Part shown: one piece after another, positions 1-10,168 of the stretch
Layout of the letters: every line of letters starts with the position of its first letter
Position numbering within the stretch: the first letter of the stretch is position 1
IMG/VR virus record: IMGVR_UViG_3300005330_000014
Location: 144,234 to 208,233 of that record
Origin: a virus
Taxonomy: Duplodnaviria > Caudoviricetes
Reading direction: 5' to 3' (one strand)
Length of the DNA: 64,000 nt
Notes under the pieces: generated by a model
The model's input: the letters and a program-made list of their open reading frames with translations, nothing else
What the model was told of the DNA's origin: nothing
Database searches by the model: none
Made by a program: the position numbers and the translations under genes

Positions 1-156
1 TTACAAAAAAGTGTATTTCCTGTTCGTTCTTGGTGGAGTTTTGGGATGCAAACAGATTTCGTTAAACAGTTAGAATCTCAGAATAGAAATCTTAACTTCA
101 AAACACCAGATGTTAAATCTATTCAAGAGTCTCATTTGGGAGATTTAGCTCCTTAA
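1..156 (+). CDS. 3' end of a gene entering the window (partial)
   Basis: Frame 1 open from base 1 to TAA at 154-156 (LQKSVFPVRSWWSF...GDLAP*). Confidence 0.55.
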   Translation, partial: LQKSVFPVRSWWSFGMQTDFVKQLESQNRNLNFKTPDVKSIQESHLGDLAP

Positions 157-169
157 ATTAATGAATCAA

Positions 170-178
170 AATCATATA
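170..178 (+). promoter_or_regulatory. AAT[CT]ATATA promoter-like motif
   Basis: AATCATATA, intergenic, 15 nt before ATG 193. Confidence 0.45.
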
Positions 179-192
179 GCTTAAAAGAGCTT

Positions 193-975
193 ATGATTGA
201 CATACTGGTATTAGATTTTAATAAAGAGCAGGAAAGTATTATCCTGCTTCATTCTATACAGAAATATTGTAAGTTTCCATATAGAGTAATATTTTTAGAT
301 AATGGCTCAAAAAAGTATTATTCTTATGATTTTCGAGATAAGGGATTTATAGACTACTTAATAGTCAATGATAAAAACTACGGATTAGGGATAGGAACAA
401 AGCAATTATTTGAAGCCGCGCAATCTGAGTACTGTTTTTACATACAAAATGATCAATATTTTCATAGAGATTTTCTAGAAACTGAACTTCTTTATCTACA
501 AAGCGCGATTGATCAGAATTACCAAGGAAAAATAATTAAGTCTGTTTCTATTGCCGGGGATACTTGCCAAGGGCAATACTCCGAAAGGGCGCATTTAATT
601 AAAGCTAAATTTTACCAATCGTTAGAACCCTTAAGTGAAGGTGGCTGTGGCCCAAAACACAACCTGATTTGGAGAGAAGAACAAATCCAAAAGATTTATA
701 AAAATAATAATTATCTTCACTATATCTATCAACATCCGTTAGTGGCGGATAATGGCAAAAGAGCCATCCGAGAGAATCCAGACGGCTCCCTGTGGCAGCA
801 TGAGCCTGATTCCAAACGTCTTTGGTTATTGAATGGTCCAGTTAAGGAAAAGTTTGTTTATCCTTATTTTACTGATGAAGAATGGGATAAAGTATTAGAA
901 ACTCAAACTTGGGCACCCGGGGTCGTACCCGAACGAGAACAAAACTCTTCATTTATAGTTCCACATTGGCATTAA
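193..975 (+). CDS. Glycosyltransferase, GT-A fold (GT2-like)
   Basis: N-terminal ILVLDFNK...VIFLDNGS, NYGLGIG, FYIQNDQYF pattern. Confidence 0.75.
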   Translation: MIDILVLDFNKEQESIILLHSIQKYCKFPYRVIFLDNGSKKYYSYDFRDKGFIDYLIVNDKNYGLGIGTKQLFEAAQSEYCFYIQNDQYFHRDFLETELLYLQSAIDQNYQGKIIKSVSIAGDTCQGQYSERAHLIKAKFYQSLEPLSEGGCGPKHNLIWREEQIQKIYKNNNYLHYIYQHPLVADNGKRAIRENPDGSLWQHEPDSKRLWLLNGPVKEKFVYPYFTDEEWDKVLETQTWAPGVVPEREQNSSFIVPHWH

Positions 976-981
976 AACAAT

Positions 982-1800
982 ATGTTTAGTATCTATTCTA
1001 GTTTATTCAATCTAAAATCTTTTGATATTGATTATCAATTCATTCTTAAGAATTGGGCGGATTTCATTGGTTATCGTGGGGAAATTGTAATTGCAATCAA
1101 TAATTCTTATGAGGATGACGGATATACTACCCAAAAGATAGTTACTTTGTCGCAAAAATACCCAATCAGAGTAGTTTATACAAATATTCCTTATAGTAAA
1201 AATACATTTGATGGAGATATTAAGAATGCCGCGCTACAGGCAACTAGCGATAAATTTCCTTTAAAAATACAAATGGATTTTGACGAAGTAATTCCTTCAT
1301 TTAGCCGCCCGCTTTGGGATGAAGTAGCAGACAAATTACTTAATTCTCCATATGAAGCAGTTTTTGTCCCAAGTATTGATTTGTATGGAGGTGAAACTCA
1401 AATTCGTAAAAATCATAATATTGGTCTAAAATGGAGAATTCATAAGAGAGGGTTAAAGCGTGGAGTTTGGCGCGGGGCTAAATTAGATAAAGGATTAATT
1501 GCTACCGACCGTTCGGATACATGTGAACTTTTATCCCCCGATGACGAATTAGTTCCTACTATTAATATTACGCCGCCCGACTTCCTTAAGCCTGAAAATT
1601 CTCATAACCTAAGAGATAAAATTTATACTTTTCATTTAGGATATTTAAACTTAGCTCGTCGTCAAAAGCTAAATGAAGATTTTTGGTCTAAAAAATGGTC
1701 TGAACGCAGCGGAAAACCAGAAAATGTTATTATAGATTTAGAAAAACTTAAAAGAGAAGATACGGTTCCCCATAATTTGCCTCTTTGGGATAAAATTTAA
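982..1800 (+). CDS. Glycosyltransferase-like, GT-A fold
   Basis: EIVIAINNSYEDDG, IKNAALQA, QMDFDE (DxD) motifs. Confidence 0.7.
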   Translation: MFSIYSSLFNLKSFDIDYQFILKNWADFIGYRGEIVIAINNSYEDDGYTTQKIVTLSQKYPIRVVYTNIPYSKNTFDGDIKNAALQATSDKFPLKIQMDFDEVIPSFSRPLWDEVADKLLNSPYEAVFVPSIDLYGGETQIRKNHNIGLKWRIHKRGLKRGVWRGAKLDKGLIATDRSDTCELLSPDDELVPTINITPPDFLKPENSHNLRDKIYTFHLGYLNLARRQKLNEDFWSKKWSERSGKPENVIIDLEKLKREDTVPHNLPLWDKI

Positions 1801-1806
1801 GATAAA

Positions 1807-1817
1807 AATTATATACT
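1807..1817 (+). promoter_or_regulatory. AATTATATA motif with -10-like TATACT; leaderless geometry
   Basis: TATACT 1812-1817; ATG at 1824. Confidence 0.5.
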
Positions 1818-1823
1818 CTAGTC

Positions 1824-2069
1824 ATGATACTAGATCGTAAATTTTTTAAATATCAGGTAATTGATAAAGCCACCGGACGCGAAGTTAAGTTACCGGAAAA
1901 TTGCATATTAGATTATGTCAACGATAAAGAAGGAATGGTATGCTTTAAGAGTGTAGATAGTTTCACTAAAAGAGTGGTAAATCCCATGACTCATGAAGAA
2001 TATGATGTTACGACTCCCGTTTCATATCACGTAAAATCGGCGGAAATTGAAATAATTTCACTATATTAA
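1824..2069 (+). CDS. Hypothetical protein
   Basis: 81 aa ORF tightly packed between neighbours. Confidence 0.6.
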   Translation: MILDRKFFKYQVIDKATGREVKLPENCILDYVNDKEGMVCFKSVDSFTKRVVNPMTHEEYDVTTPVSYHVKSAEIEIISLY

Positions 2070-2072
2070 TTC

Positions 2073-2822
2073 ATGAGTTTACCAATTTCTCTACTTTTTG
2101 CTACTACTACTAAGGGTCATTTTGATAGACGCTATATTTATAGTTCCACTCTCCAAGATTGGGAAGCTCAAAAACATTTAGATATTTTCTCATACAAACG
2201 CGCACATATCAAGAATGGCAAAGAGGATGCTAATTGGACGGCAGAAGGAATGAGAGAAGATATTTTATCTTATGATTTTAATGAAGTTTTAATTACTGAA
2301 GGTAATTTTAAACATTTTGATGCCAGTCACTCAATCGGTCAACTTCAAGATATAGGAACTTTAATCGAAAATATTCCCACTCCTTATATTTTCTTTCTTG
2401 AAGATGATTTTTTGGTCAGAGCTAAGAATAATAATTTAGAATTTCATATTAAACAATCAATTGAATTATTGGAATCAAATGAGGGTGTATCTCAAGTTAG
2501 AGTTCCCCGGCATTTTAATGATTTCCCTCATTATAAAACTTTGCATCGCTGTCATAATGGTTGGTTAAGTCAAGATGATATTTTCAGTTTTAATCCATAT
2601 ATCGCGCGGACAAGTGATATTGTTAAATTATATAACTCAGTAGCCGTGCAACAAGATTTGATTATTGGATTAATTAACCAAGGAATATTAAACTCGGAAT
2701 TAACTTTCACAAACTTGGCCCGCCAACTTCGCGGCCCTTATTCATTTTGGTCTTTTGGTAGCTCGAACATTCAATGCTATCACATTGGAACGAAACAGGG
2801 AGAAGAAGATAAATTAGATTAA
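2073..2822 (+). CDS. Glycosyltransferase-like, GT-A fold
   Basis: YIFFLEDDF DxD-type motif, FSFNPYIAR, C-terminal CYHIG. Confidence 0.6.
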   Translation: MSLPISLLFATTTKGHFDRRYIYSSTLQDWEAQKHLDIFSYKRAHIKNGKEDANWTAEGMREDILSYDFNEVLITEGNFKHFDASHSIGQLQDIGTLIENIPTPYIFFLEDDFLVRAKNNNLEFHIKQSIELLESNEGVSQVRVPRHFNDFPHYKTLHRCHNGWLSQDDIFSFNPYIARTSDIVKLYNSVAVQQDLIIGLINQGILNSELTFTNLARQLRGPYSFWSFGSSNIQCYHIGTKQGEEDKLD

Positions 2823-2825
2823 TTT

Positions 2826-3290
2826 ATGCTTAATCCTAAAATTCGATTAATTATTAAAAATGCTTTCAAAGACACTACTTACTTTGGAAAAAGTATAATT
2901 ATTTCACCAGATCAATTTCAGTCAGATTTAATTTGGAAAGAAGTAAATAGTATTCTGCCTACTTGGATGCTTAGTCAGTCAAAATACTCGGCTATCAAGG
3001 AAATAAGATTAAAAAATCAGCATACTTTAATTTTTATCACCGATAGAAATCCTGATTATCTATGTGGATATCGGGCAAATATAGTTTATCTAAACAAAAT
3101 CACAAATCCTGAAACAATCCAACTAATCGCGCGGCCTTTGTTATCTGTTCAATTTAACCCAGTAGAACAAGAAAAAACAAATGAATTTGAAAATGAATTG
3201 ATTAGATTGGGGATTTATGATGAATCCGACCGAACTAAATTTCCACAACCCAAACTAATTAATTTAGACGAATTAGGCATTTTACTATAA
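2826..3290 (+). CDS. Degenerate terminase-ATPase-like fragment
   Basis: LPTWM...NPDYLCGYRANIVYLNKI...ARPLLS resembles the T4 gp17 segment around Walker B (from memory), but with DE replaced by NK. Confidence 0.4.
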   Translation: MLNPKIRLIIKNAFKDTTYFGKSIIISPDQFQSDLIWKEVNSILPTWMLSQSKYSAIKEIRLKNQHTLIFITDRNPDYLCGYRANIVYLNKITNPETIQLIARPLLSVQFNPVEQEKTNEFENELIRLGIYDESDRTKFPQPKLINLDELGILL

Positions 3291-3292
3291 CT

Positions 3293-3652
3293 ATGATTAA
3301 CCTCTTAATTGATGAAGGGTATTACGTTGATTTTCTAAGTATTTTAGAAGTCAAGTTGTTAAAATCTGATGACAAAACGCGCGACTCACTTTCCAAACAA
3401 TTTCTTTTTTATTCTAATTCTTTAGGCGAACAAATTGGAGATTCAAAACTCGAAGAAATTCTCGACAGCGTTCTTTATAAAAAACTAAAAGATGTTAATC
3501 AAATTCTTTTTGAGACGATAGATAATTGTAAGAAGTATCAAATTGATGCGCGCACGATTGACGCAATGAACCATACTCGCTGGATTTTAAAGAACGAAAT
3601 ACAAAGAACATTTTTTGGTAAATCTACGGGGGAAGTTAAAATAGGATATTAA
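3293..3652 (+). CDS. DUF6165-like helical protein
   Basis: VDFLSILEVK near the N-terminus and RWILKNEIQ...GEVKIGY at the C-terminus. Confidence 0.5.
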   Translation: MINLLIDEGYYVDFLSILEVKLLKSDDKTRDSLSKQFLFYSNSLGEQIGDSKLEEILDSVLYKKLKDVNQILFETIDNCKKYQIDARTIDAMNHTRWILKNEIQRTFFGKSTGEVKIGY

Positions 3653-3655
3653 AAA

Positions 3656-4300
3656 ATGGTTTTTCCTTTTGTTGTTTACGGTAAGAATCGTTCTAATGAT
3701 GTTTTAGAATGGCATAAGAAAGTATATGACCGTTTGGGAATCGCGATGAATTATTTTGAATTTGATTTCCCTTATATTTCTCATGGCAACGCTATTGATC
3801 AAGTCATTCATTCTTTAATTAATGGCGGAAACTGTCCCGATTACTTTATAATCAGTGAAATTGATAGTATTCCTTTAAGATTTGATACTTTTGGCGATCT
3901 ATATAAAAAAGTTGAAGACAAGCAAACAATAGCGGGCGGATTTCATCAGAGCAATCATTTAACCAAAGCAGATGGAACTTGTAATCGGCCTTATATCAGT
4001 CCTTCCATGCATATGATTTCAACAAAATTATATAATGATTTAGGGCGACCAAGCTATGACCACGGCGGGGATTGTGATTGCGCCGAATTAGTAACTAAAG
4101 TAGCTCAAGAAAAAGGATATTGTATAGCTGGAATTTGGCCGCGCGCAGTAGATCAACCTATGTATGATTTAGGGAATGGTTTAAAATTTGGATTTGGAAC
4201 GACCTACGGGAATTACTATTACCATCAAATGAATTCGAGTCAAGATGGTCATGTAGAAAATTTTATAGCTAAATGCAAAGAAGTAATACAAAATAACTAA
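3656..4300 (+). CDS. Glycosyltransferase-like
   Basis: ISHGNAID, ISEIDSIP (degenerate DxD), YISPS, GFGTTYG; cluster context. Confidence 0.5.
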   Translation: MVFPFVVYGKNRSNDVLEWHKKVYDRLGIAMNYFEFDFPYISHGNAIDQVIHSLINGGNCPDYFIISEIDSIPLRFDTFGDLYKKVEDKQTIAGGFHQSNHLTKADGTCNRPYISPSMHMISTKLYNDLGRPSYDHGGDCDCAELVTKVAQEKGYCIAGIWPRAVDQPMYDLGNGLKFGFGTTYGNYYYHQMNSSQDGHVENFIAKCKEVIQNN

Positions 4301-4309
4301 AAAATTAAT

Positions 4310-4480
4310 ATGCTAGATTCGGGAATACAACAAATCAGTGACTATATGACTTCAATTGGAGATGATGACTATATTTTAGATGATTATACGATAATTGATG
4401 GGGAAGTAAGATTAATAGCGACTTGTACGCAGGGAGAATTACATCCCGATTCTTACGACGAATTTGGTTATCCTATTTAA
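4310..4480 (+). CDS. Small acidic hypothetical protein (56 aa, below ORF-track cutoff)
   Basis: ATG 4310 to TAA 4480 fills the gap exactly. Confidence 0.55.
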   Translation: MLDSGIQQISDYMTSIGDDDYILDDYTIIDGEVRLIATCTQGELHPDSYDEFGYPI

Positions 4481-4482
4481 TT

Positions 4483-5151
4483 ATGAAGATCGACGCTTTT
4501 ATTACTTGTGTTGGGGAAAATGCTAGGAAATTTCTAGCTGTTTCTCTCGGCTTTAACAAGAAACTATTTGACAATGTTTATGTTATCACGACTGAAAAAT
4601 CAACTGAAACTCATGAATTGTGCGCCCGGGCCGGAGTAGAATGTGTTACTACTGATTTATTTTACAAAAATCACGCAGTATTCAATCGCGGGGCTGCCCT
4701 TAATGATGTTTTTGATTTAATTAAACCTGCCGATTGGGTTTGTCATTTAGATGCCGACATTATCTTACCCTCCACTTTCCTTGAATGGAAAAATAATTAT
4801 AATGATTCTATTGAATATTTTTGGGGGTGCCGCCGGATTTTTATCCCGGCCATTTATGATTTATCTGATTTAATGACTGGAAAAGTAATCGAAGACGTTT
4901 TTGAAAAACCTTACGGAATTGGTTATGGGTATATGCAACTTTGGAACGTTAATAGTGAAGTTGTTAAATCGGGGGCTAAATATCCTGAAAGTTATGATTC
5001 ATCTAATTCTGACTGGCAGTGGCGCAACTTTTGGGGCGAAACAATTAACGGAGACAAAGAATATACTAAAAATTTAAAGGAATTACCAATTAGCTGTTTA
5101 CATTTAGGGCTGCCCGGCCTTGATAATAACCAAAGTTTTTGGGGAGAATAA
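4483..5151 (+). CDS. Glycosyltransferase, GT-A fold
   Basis: FNRGAALN, WVCHLDADIIL (DxD), GYMQLWN; start moved to ATG 4483. Confidence 0.75.
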   Translation: MKIDAFITCVGENARKFLAVSLGFNKKLFDNVYVITTEKSTETHELCARAGVECVTTDLFYKNHAVFNRGAALNDVFDLIKPADWVCHLDADIILPSTFLEWKNNYNDSIEYFWGCRRIFIPAIYDLSDLMTGKVIEDVFEKPYGIGYGYMQLWNVNSEVVKSGAKYPESYDSSNSDWQWRNFWGETINGDKEYTKNLKELPISCLHLGLPGLDNNQSFWGE

Positions 5152-5152
5152 C

Positions 5153-5752
5153 ATGGGAAGTTTATCTTACTTCAATCTCAATGATTATGTTAATCAGTAT
5201 AATCTAAATGGATTTCTTGAAACGGGTTTGGGACACGGGCATGGGATTCAATATGCTACTACTTGCAACTTTGAAATTTGTTATTCAATTGAAATATCTA
5301 AAGAAGTAATTCAACGATATCACAGGATGTATGGTAATAATTCAAAAATTAATATTATACAAGGAACTAGCAAATTTGGATTACAGCATGTATTTGAACA
5401 TGATTCCAATAAACAATATTTAATCTTTTTGGATGCCCATTTCCCGGCGGCTGATTTAGGTTTTGCAGGTTTTAATGATGAAAAGAATGACTCTCTTAAG
5501 TATCCCCTGCTTGACGAATTAAAAATAATTAAAAGCCGCGCGGATAAAGGTTATAAAGACGTTATAATTGTCGATGACTTAATGTTTTATTCAAACGAGA
5601 TTTTCCCAGATTCTCATATTAAAAGCTATTTTAAAATTGAGCCGCCAAAAGACAATAACTGCTTAGATAAAATCATGAGTTATTTTGATAAAACTCACAA
5701 AGCAGAATTGGTTAAACAGTTTAGTGGTTTTGGGATTTTTACACCTAATTAA
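5153..5752 (+). CDS. SAM-dependent methyltransferase-like
   Basis: FLETGLGHG motif I, SIEIS, IFLDAHF, IIVDD; start moved to ATG 5153. Confidence 0.6.
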   Translation: MGSLSYFNLNDYVNQYNLNGFLETGLGHGHGIQYATTCNFEICYSIEISKEVIQRYHRMYGNNSKINIIQGTSKFGLQHVFEHDSNKQYLIFLDAHFPAADLGFAGFNDEKNDSLKYPLLDELKIIKSRADKGYKDVIIVDDLMFYSNEIFPDSHIKSYFKIEPPKDNNCLDKIMSYFDKTHKAELVKQFSGFGIFTPN

Positions 5753-5753
5753 T

Positions 5754-6569
5754 ATGAAAATAGCAGGATGGAATTTCGGATTGTTTGGTGATTTAGTTAT
5801 GAATACTACATTAGCCAAAACTTTTAAAACTCATAACCCAGATAGTAATTTAATTTTTTGTGTTGGACGCAAATATTCTGCAATTTTACCTTTATTTTAT
5901 AATCATCCTTGCATAGATGGATTTCACGTATGGGAAGGTTGTGATGATTGGCCGACCAATAATGATAGTAAATATATAGAGTCTGGGCGATTTGATAAAG
6001 TATATTCCGCGTGCCCTCAACATAAACGGCAAGATTGGTATAAATACAATCATTATATTGAAGAAGTGCATGATATGAACGATTTCCCTCCACCTGTCGA
6101 TATGCAATGTCATTTAGATAAATGGTTTCAAACAGAAGAAAGAAGTCAAAAACTAATAACAACTTCTTTAGTTTCTGGAAATGATCCGCTTGGGCGCGCA
6201 CTTGATTCTAATCAAATACTAAGCTTACACAAAGATATTGAAAAGTTAGGATATAAAGTGGTTAGGCTGGATACCAAACAATGCCCAACATTAGAAAATG
6301 ATTATCCTGCTTCCAAACTTAGTTTATTAGACGCGGTAAAGTTATTACTAACTTCTAAACTACATTTAACAGTTGACACTTCTTATTCGTGGATCGGTTC
6401 AAGTTATAGTCATCCAGTTTTATCTCTACATGGAATTAATTATCCAGATATGGATATTGAGCATGTGAAAAGTCACGTTCCCTTTAATCCAAATGCGCGA
6501 GCTATAATTTCAAACAGTGTCAAGGAAATAAAAAATCAATCTATTATTGATGTTATCAAATCTTTCTAA
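5754..6569 (+). CDS. Glycosyltransferase family 9-like (heptosyltransferase fold)
   Basis: GLFGDLVMNT N-terminus, LHLTVDTSYSWIG..YSHP C-terminus; start moved to ATG 5754. Confidence 0.7.
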   Translation: MKIAGWNFGLFGDLVMNTTLAKTFKTHNPDSNLIFCVGRKYSAILPLFYNHPCIDGFHVWEGCDDWPTNNDSKYIESGRFDKVYSACPQHKRQDWYKYNHYIEEVHDMNDFPPPVDMQCHLDKWFQTEERSQKLITTSLVSGNDPLGRALDSNQILSLHKDIEKLGYKVVRLDTKQCPTLENDYPASKLSLLDAVKLLLTSKLHLTVDTSYSWIGSSYSHPVLSLHGINYPDMDIEHVKSHVPFNPNARAIISNSVKEIKNQSIIDVIKSF

Positions 6570-6577
6570 ATTATATA
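6569..6577 (+). promoter_or_regulatory. AATTATATA motif
   Basis: Intergenic, 9 nt before ATG 6586. Confidence 0.4.
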
Positions 6578-6585
6578 GATAAAGA

Positions 6586-7083
6586 ATGAGTAACACTGAA
6601 GTTCATTTTAGTTCAAAATCTAACGAATGGGAAACCCCTAAATATGTTTTTAATTATTTAGACAATGAGTTCAATTTTACTCTGGACGCAGCAGCGACAA
6701 AAGATAATTGGTTGATTTCTGATTACTTTACTCCTGAAGACGATGCTCTTACAAAAGATTGGTCGGCATATAAATCAATTTGGTGTAATCCTCCTTATGG
6801 CAGGTTAATAAGTAAGTTTATTCAAAAAGGTTATGAAGAATCTTTGAAAGGATGTACTGTTGTTTTCCTAATCCCGGCCCGCGTGGATACTAAATGGTGG
6901 CACGAATATTGTTCAAAAGGTGAAGTTAGATTTATAAAAGGTAGATTGAGTTTTAACAACAGATCATTTCCGTCGTGGCGCGAAGATGGAAGTCATTTAA
7001 AATCCCCGGCACCCTTTCCGTGCGCCGTTGTTATTTTCGGCAACTCACCATCAACTTCCTATGTCACTATTCCAAAACCTTAA
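6586..7083 (+). CDS. Phage DNA N6-adenine methyltransferase (Dam family)
   Basis: EWETP, FTLDAAA, WCNPPYG, LIPARVDT, GRLSF, APFP. Confidence 0.9.
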   Translation: MSNTEVHFSSKSNEWETPKYVFNYLDNEFNFTLDAAATKDNWLISDYFTPEDDALTKDWSAYKSIWCNPPYGRLISKFIQKGYEESLKGCTVVFLIPARVDTKWWHEYCSKGEVRFIKGRLSFNNRSFPSWREDGSHLKSPAPFPCAVVIFGNSPSTSYVTIPKP

Positions 7084-7099
7084 ACAACTAATTTTCAAT

Positions 7100-8156
7100 A
7101 TGATTCATGCAAAACGTCCCCGGGTTTTATTCATTTTAAAAAAAAGAAATAATCAATGGGGGCCGCATGATGGATACAGTGCTTGCGGTGGATTTAGTTC
7201 GGGATTGTATAATTCTGCTAATTTCGTTAATGAAATGCTACGAGAAAATAATATCGAATCCAATATTGTTGAGGTATTTGACGGACATTGTATTGATAAA
7301 GAAGTTCATACTTTTCAACCCACTCATGTAATTTTAGAAGCAATTGTTTTTCCTCCTGAGAAGTTTCAAATTTTAACTAAACTTCATCCAAAAATTAAAT
7401 GGATTATTCGTAACCATAGCGAAGTTCCTTTTCTAGCAAATGAGGGGAACGGGATAGATTGGATGCTGAAATATATTAAATATCCAAATGTTTATATTTC
7501 AAATAATTCAAAAAATATCAATACTGATTTTATGGATTTGGTTGGATATTTGGGGTGCCCACCGGATAAAGTTGTTTATTTACCCAACTATTATCATCCA
7601 AAAAGATCATACAAAACATGTCCATCGGCACGGGGAAGAGTTGCATATTGCCTGTCTAGGGGCAATCCGTCCGTTGAAAAATCAAGTCATTCAAGCAGTG
7701 GCCGCAATTGAGTTTGCAGAGAAAATTAATAAACCATTAAGATTTCATGTTAACGGAACAAGAGTCGAGGGTAATGGTGAGCCAGTTCTTAAAAATCTCA
7801 GATTACTATTTACTCATTTTCCGAAGCATAAGTTGATTGAACATCCTTGGCGTCCTCATAATGAGTTTTTAGAACTTATTGGGAAGATGGATATTTCAAT
7901 GCAGGTATCTTTTAGTGAGACGTTCAATATAATTACTGCCGATGCCGTTTCAATGGGTATTCCAATTGTTGTATCCCCTGAAATTAAATGGGTGGATTAT
8001 ATGTCACATGCCAATCCAAACGACACAGACAGTATAGTAAACAAATTAAATGCGGCATATGGCAACTACTATCTCCCCACAGTAAATAAACATTTGCTTA
8101 AACAATACTCTAAGAAAAGTAAAGATATTTGGTTAGATTTTCTAAAAATAAAATGA
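7100..8156 (+). pseudogene. GT-B (GT4-like) glycosyltransferase split by a +1 frameshift (programmed, mutational or assembly error)
   Basis: N-half in the frame of 7028..7711 and C-half (GAIRPLKN, SFSETFNIITADAVSMG) in the frame of 7488..8156; junction CCA AAA AGA at 7598-7606; fused product about 351 aa. Confidence 0.75.
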
Positions 8157-8515
8157 GTAAAACTATTCTTCCTTCGTTTTGTTTCCCTTGGGAAAATTCT
8201 TTTAAATCTGGCGATGTAATTTCATTAGAAAATGAAGTAACTAAAGAAGGAAAACATATTACCAATTATTACAAATTTATTGGAGTGTTGTCTTGTAAAG
8301 GACACATAAACAATAAACAAAAGCCGCGCGATTTGATTGTTTTGCAAAACATTAATACCAAAGATTTCATCGGCGGGCGGATTGGAGTTGATGTAGCTTT
8401 TAGTAAAAGTTTATTAAGATTTGTTACTATGTTCGACGGGATTTGCTATGGGAAAACTATAAGCGAATTGAAAAGAGTATATGGTTGGCAGGACGCACTA
8501 GAATTAGAAAAGTAA
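8153..8515 (+). CDS. Hypothetical protein
   Basis: ORF overlapping the upstream stop; start moved to ATG 8153. Confidence 0.55.
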   Translation: MSKTILPSFCFPWENSFKSGDVISLENEVTKEGKHITNYYKFIGVLSCKGHINNKQKPRDLIVLQNINTKDFIGGRIGVDVAFSKSLLRFVTMFDGICYGKTISELKRVYGWQDALELEK

Positions 8516-8521
8516 CTAATT

Positions 8522-9415
8522 ATGAAAATTAGAATATATGGTGAACCCAGTGATAATACAGTTTGGCCCCCGGCCTATTTACCAGCGATTAAGCGCGGAT
8601 TAATTGAACTGGGTCATGAGTTAGTTGATGACGTAAAATTAGCAGACGTATTATATTGTAATGATCCTAACGGGGAATACCAAATTTCACATGATACGAT
8701 AGATTTTAATAAGCCGAGTGTTCTTAATATTTTAGATATTCCAACGTATTTATCTGAATTTCATCTAAATAGAGTGCTTGGAAACTTAAATTGGAGAATT
8801 GAACAAGTTAATGCGGTTACTTCAATTTCTAAAACCGTTCAATCACAAATCAAAGAGATATTTGGAGTAGATAGTACGGTTGTATATCAGCCAACTAAAC
8901 CAATAACGCGATTGAATTTAGAAAAAAAAGAAAGTGGAGTAAAGTTTCTTTATGTTGGTCGCGCACATAGCCCAAACAAAAGATTTGATTTGGTCAAGAA
9001 TCTAATTCAAAAGTATTACGAAGAGGGCCAATTACTTATTATAGGATCAGAAAATCCTTGTTTTGGAACATATGTTGGCATGGTTAATGATGTAACTTTA
9101 AATAATTATTATAATCTTTGCGATTATGTTTTATTGCCAAGCTCATTTGAAGGAATTGGTTTAACTAGCATTGAAGCAATTTTAGCAGGCAAATATCCAA
9201 TACTAAGTAATGATTGCGCGGCTGCAATAGAATTTCTCCCCGAGTTCGCCTGCGACCCAAATCCGGCGGCTATGTTTGAAAAAATTCAAGAAATTGAAAA
9301 CAATAAATCCCATTATGACTGGTTAGTTCGACAGTATGATAGAAAGTACCGTGAACAATTCAATTATAAATCCGTGGCACAAAATATTGTCAATGTTTTA
9401 GAAAGCGTTATTTAA
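8522..9415 (+). CDS. Glycosyltransferase family 4 (GT-B)
   Basis: FLYVGR...NKR, LLPSSFEGIGLTSIEAILAG (E-x7-E). Confidence 0.85.
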   Translation: MKIRIYGEPSDNTVWPPAYLPAIKRGLIELGHELVDDVKLADVLYCNDPNGEYQISHDTIDFNKPSVLNILDIPTYLSEFHLNRVLGNLNWRIEQVNAVTSISKTVQSQIKEIFGVDSTVVYQPTKPITRLNLEKKESGVKFLYVGRAHSPNKRFDLVKNLIQKYYEEGQLLIIGSENPCFGTYVGMVNDVTLNNYYNLCDYVLLPSSFEGIGLTSIEAILAGKYPILSNDCAAAIEFLPEFACDPNPAAMFEKIQEIENNKSHYDWLVRQYDRKYREQFNYKSVAQNIVNVLESVI

Positions 9416-9416
9416 A

Positions 9417-10166
9417 ATGAAAATAGGAATTATTTTTACAGCGTTCAACTCAGCAGATTTAATCCTTAAATGCCTAGACCCGTGGATTAAAGTTAAAAAC
9501 ACTTTAAATCATCAGTTTGTTTATAGTTGCGTTTCAGTCCCTTTTGAAAAATTCAATATAGATAAAACTGACAATACAGTTGAATTAATTAAAACAACTG
9601 GCATCATGGATTTTTTGTTTGCCGATGGACAATTCAAATCTGAAATAGCCGCGCGGGGCATCTGTTTAGATTATTTAAAAGATAATGGGTGTGATTTTAT
9701 TTGGCAAGTTGATGCTGACGAATTTTATACAGTAGAAGATATAACAAATATAGTTAATTACATAGAAAAAGACAAATCTACATTCTGGTGGAAACTTTGT
9801 CTTAAAAACTATTTTCAAACAGACAAACAATATTTGGCTGAACCATTTACTCCGGCGCGGATTTTTAGAGTTAATCAACCTCCTTATAAATTGGGTGATT
9901 TCATTCAAGATAATGACATTTCGTTTTTTTATCAACGGGCAGAAATACCTAATTCATTTGTTAAAAGTAAAGTGATTCCACGCGAAGTAAATTGGACAAA
10001 GCACTTAAGTTGGTTAAACGGGTCGCGTAGTCGCGACAAAATTTTTTACCAAAATAAACGCTGGGGTAAGTCAAGTTATATATATGATGAGGTTACAGAA
10101 ACGGTAAACTTTAATCCTGACTATTATCCCGGTGGACAATTTCCTGAAGTAATACAAGAAATTTAA
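9417..10166 (+). CDS. Glycosyltransferase-like, GT-A fold
   Basis: IIFTAFNS, EIAARG, WQVDADEFY, KHLSW. Confidence 0.7.
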   Translation: MKIGIIFTAFNSADLILKCLDPWIKVKNTLNHQFVYSCVSVPFEKFNIDKTDNTVELIKTTGIMDFLFADGQFKSEIAARGICLDYLKDNGCDFIWQVDADEFYTVEDITNIVNYIEKDKSTFWWKLCLKNYFQTDKQYLAEPFTPARIFRVNQPPYKLGDFIQDNDISFFYQRAEIPNSFVKSKVIPREVNWTKHLSWLNGSRSRDKIFYQNKRWGKSSYIYDEVTETVNFNPDYYPGGQFPEVIQEI

Positions 10167-10168
10167 AT

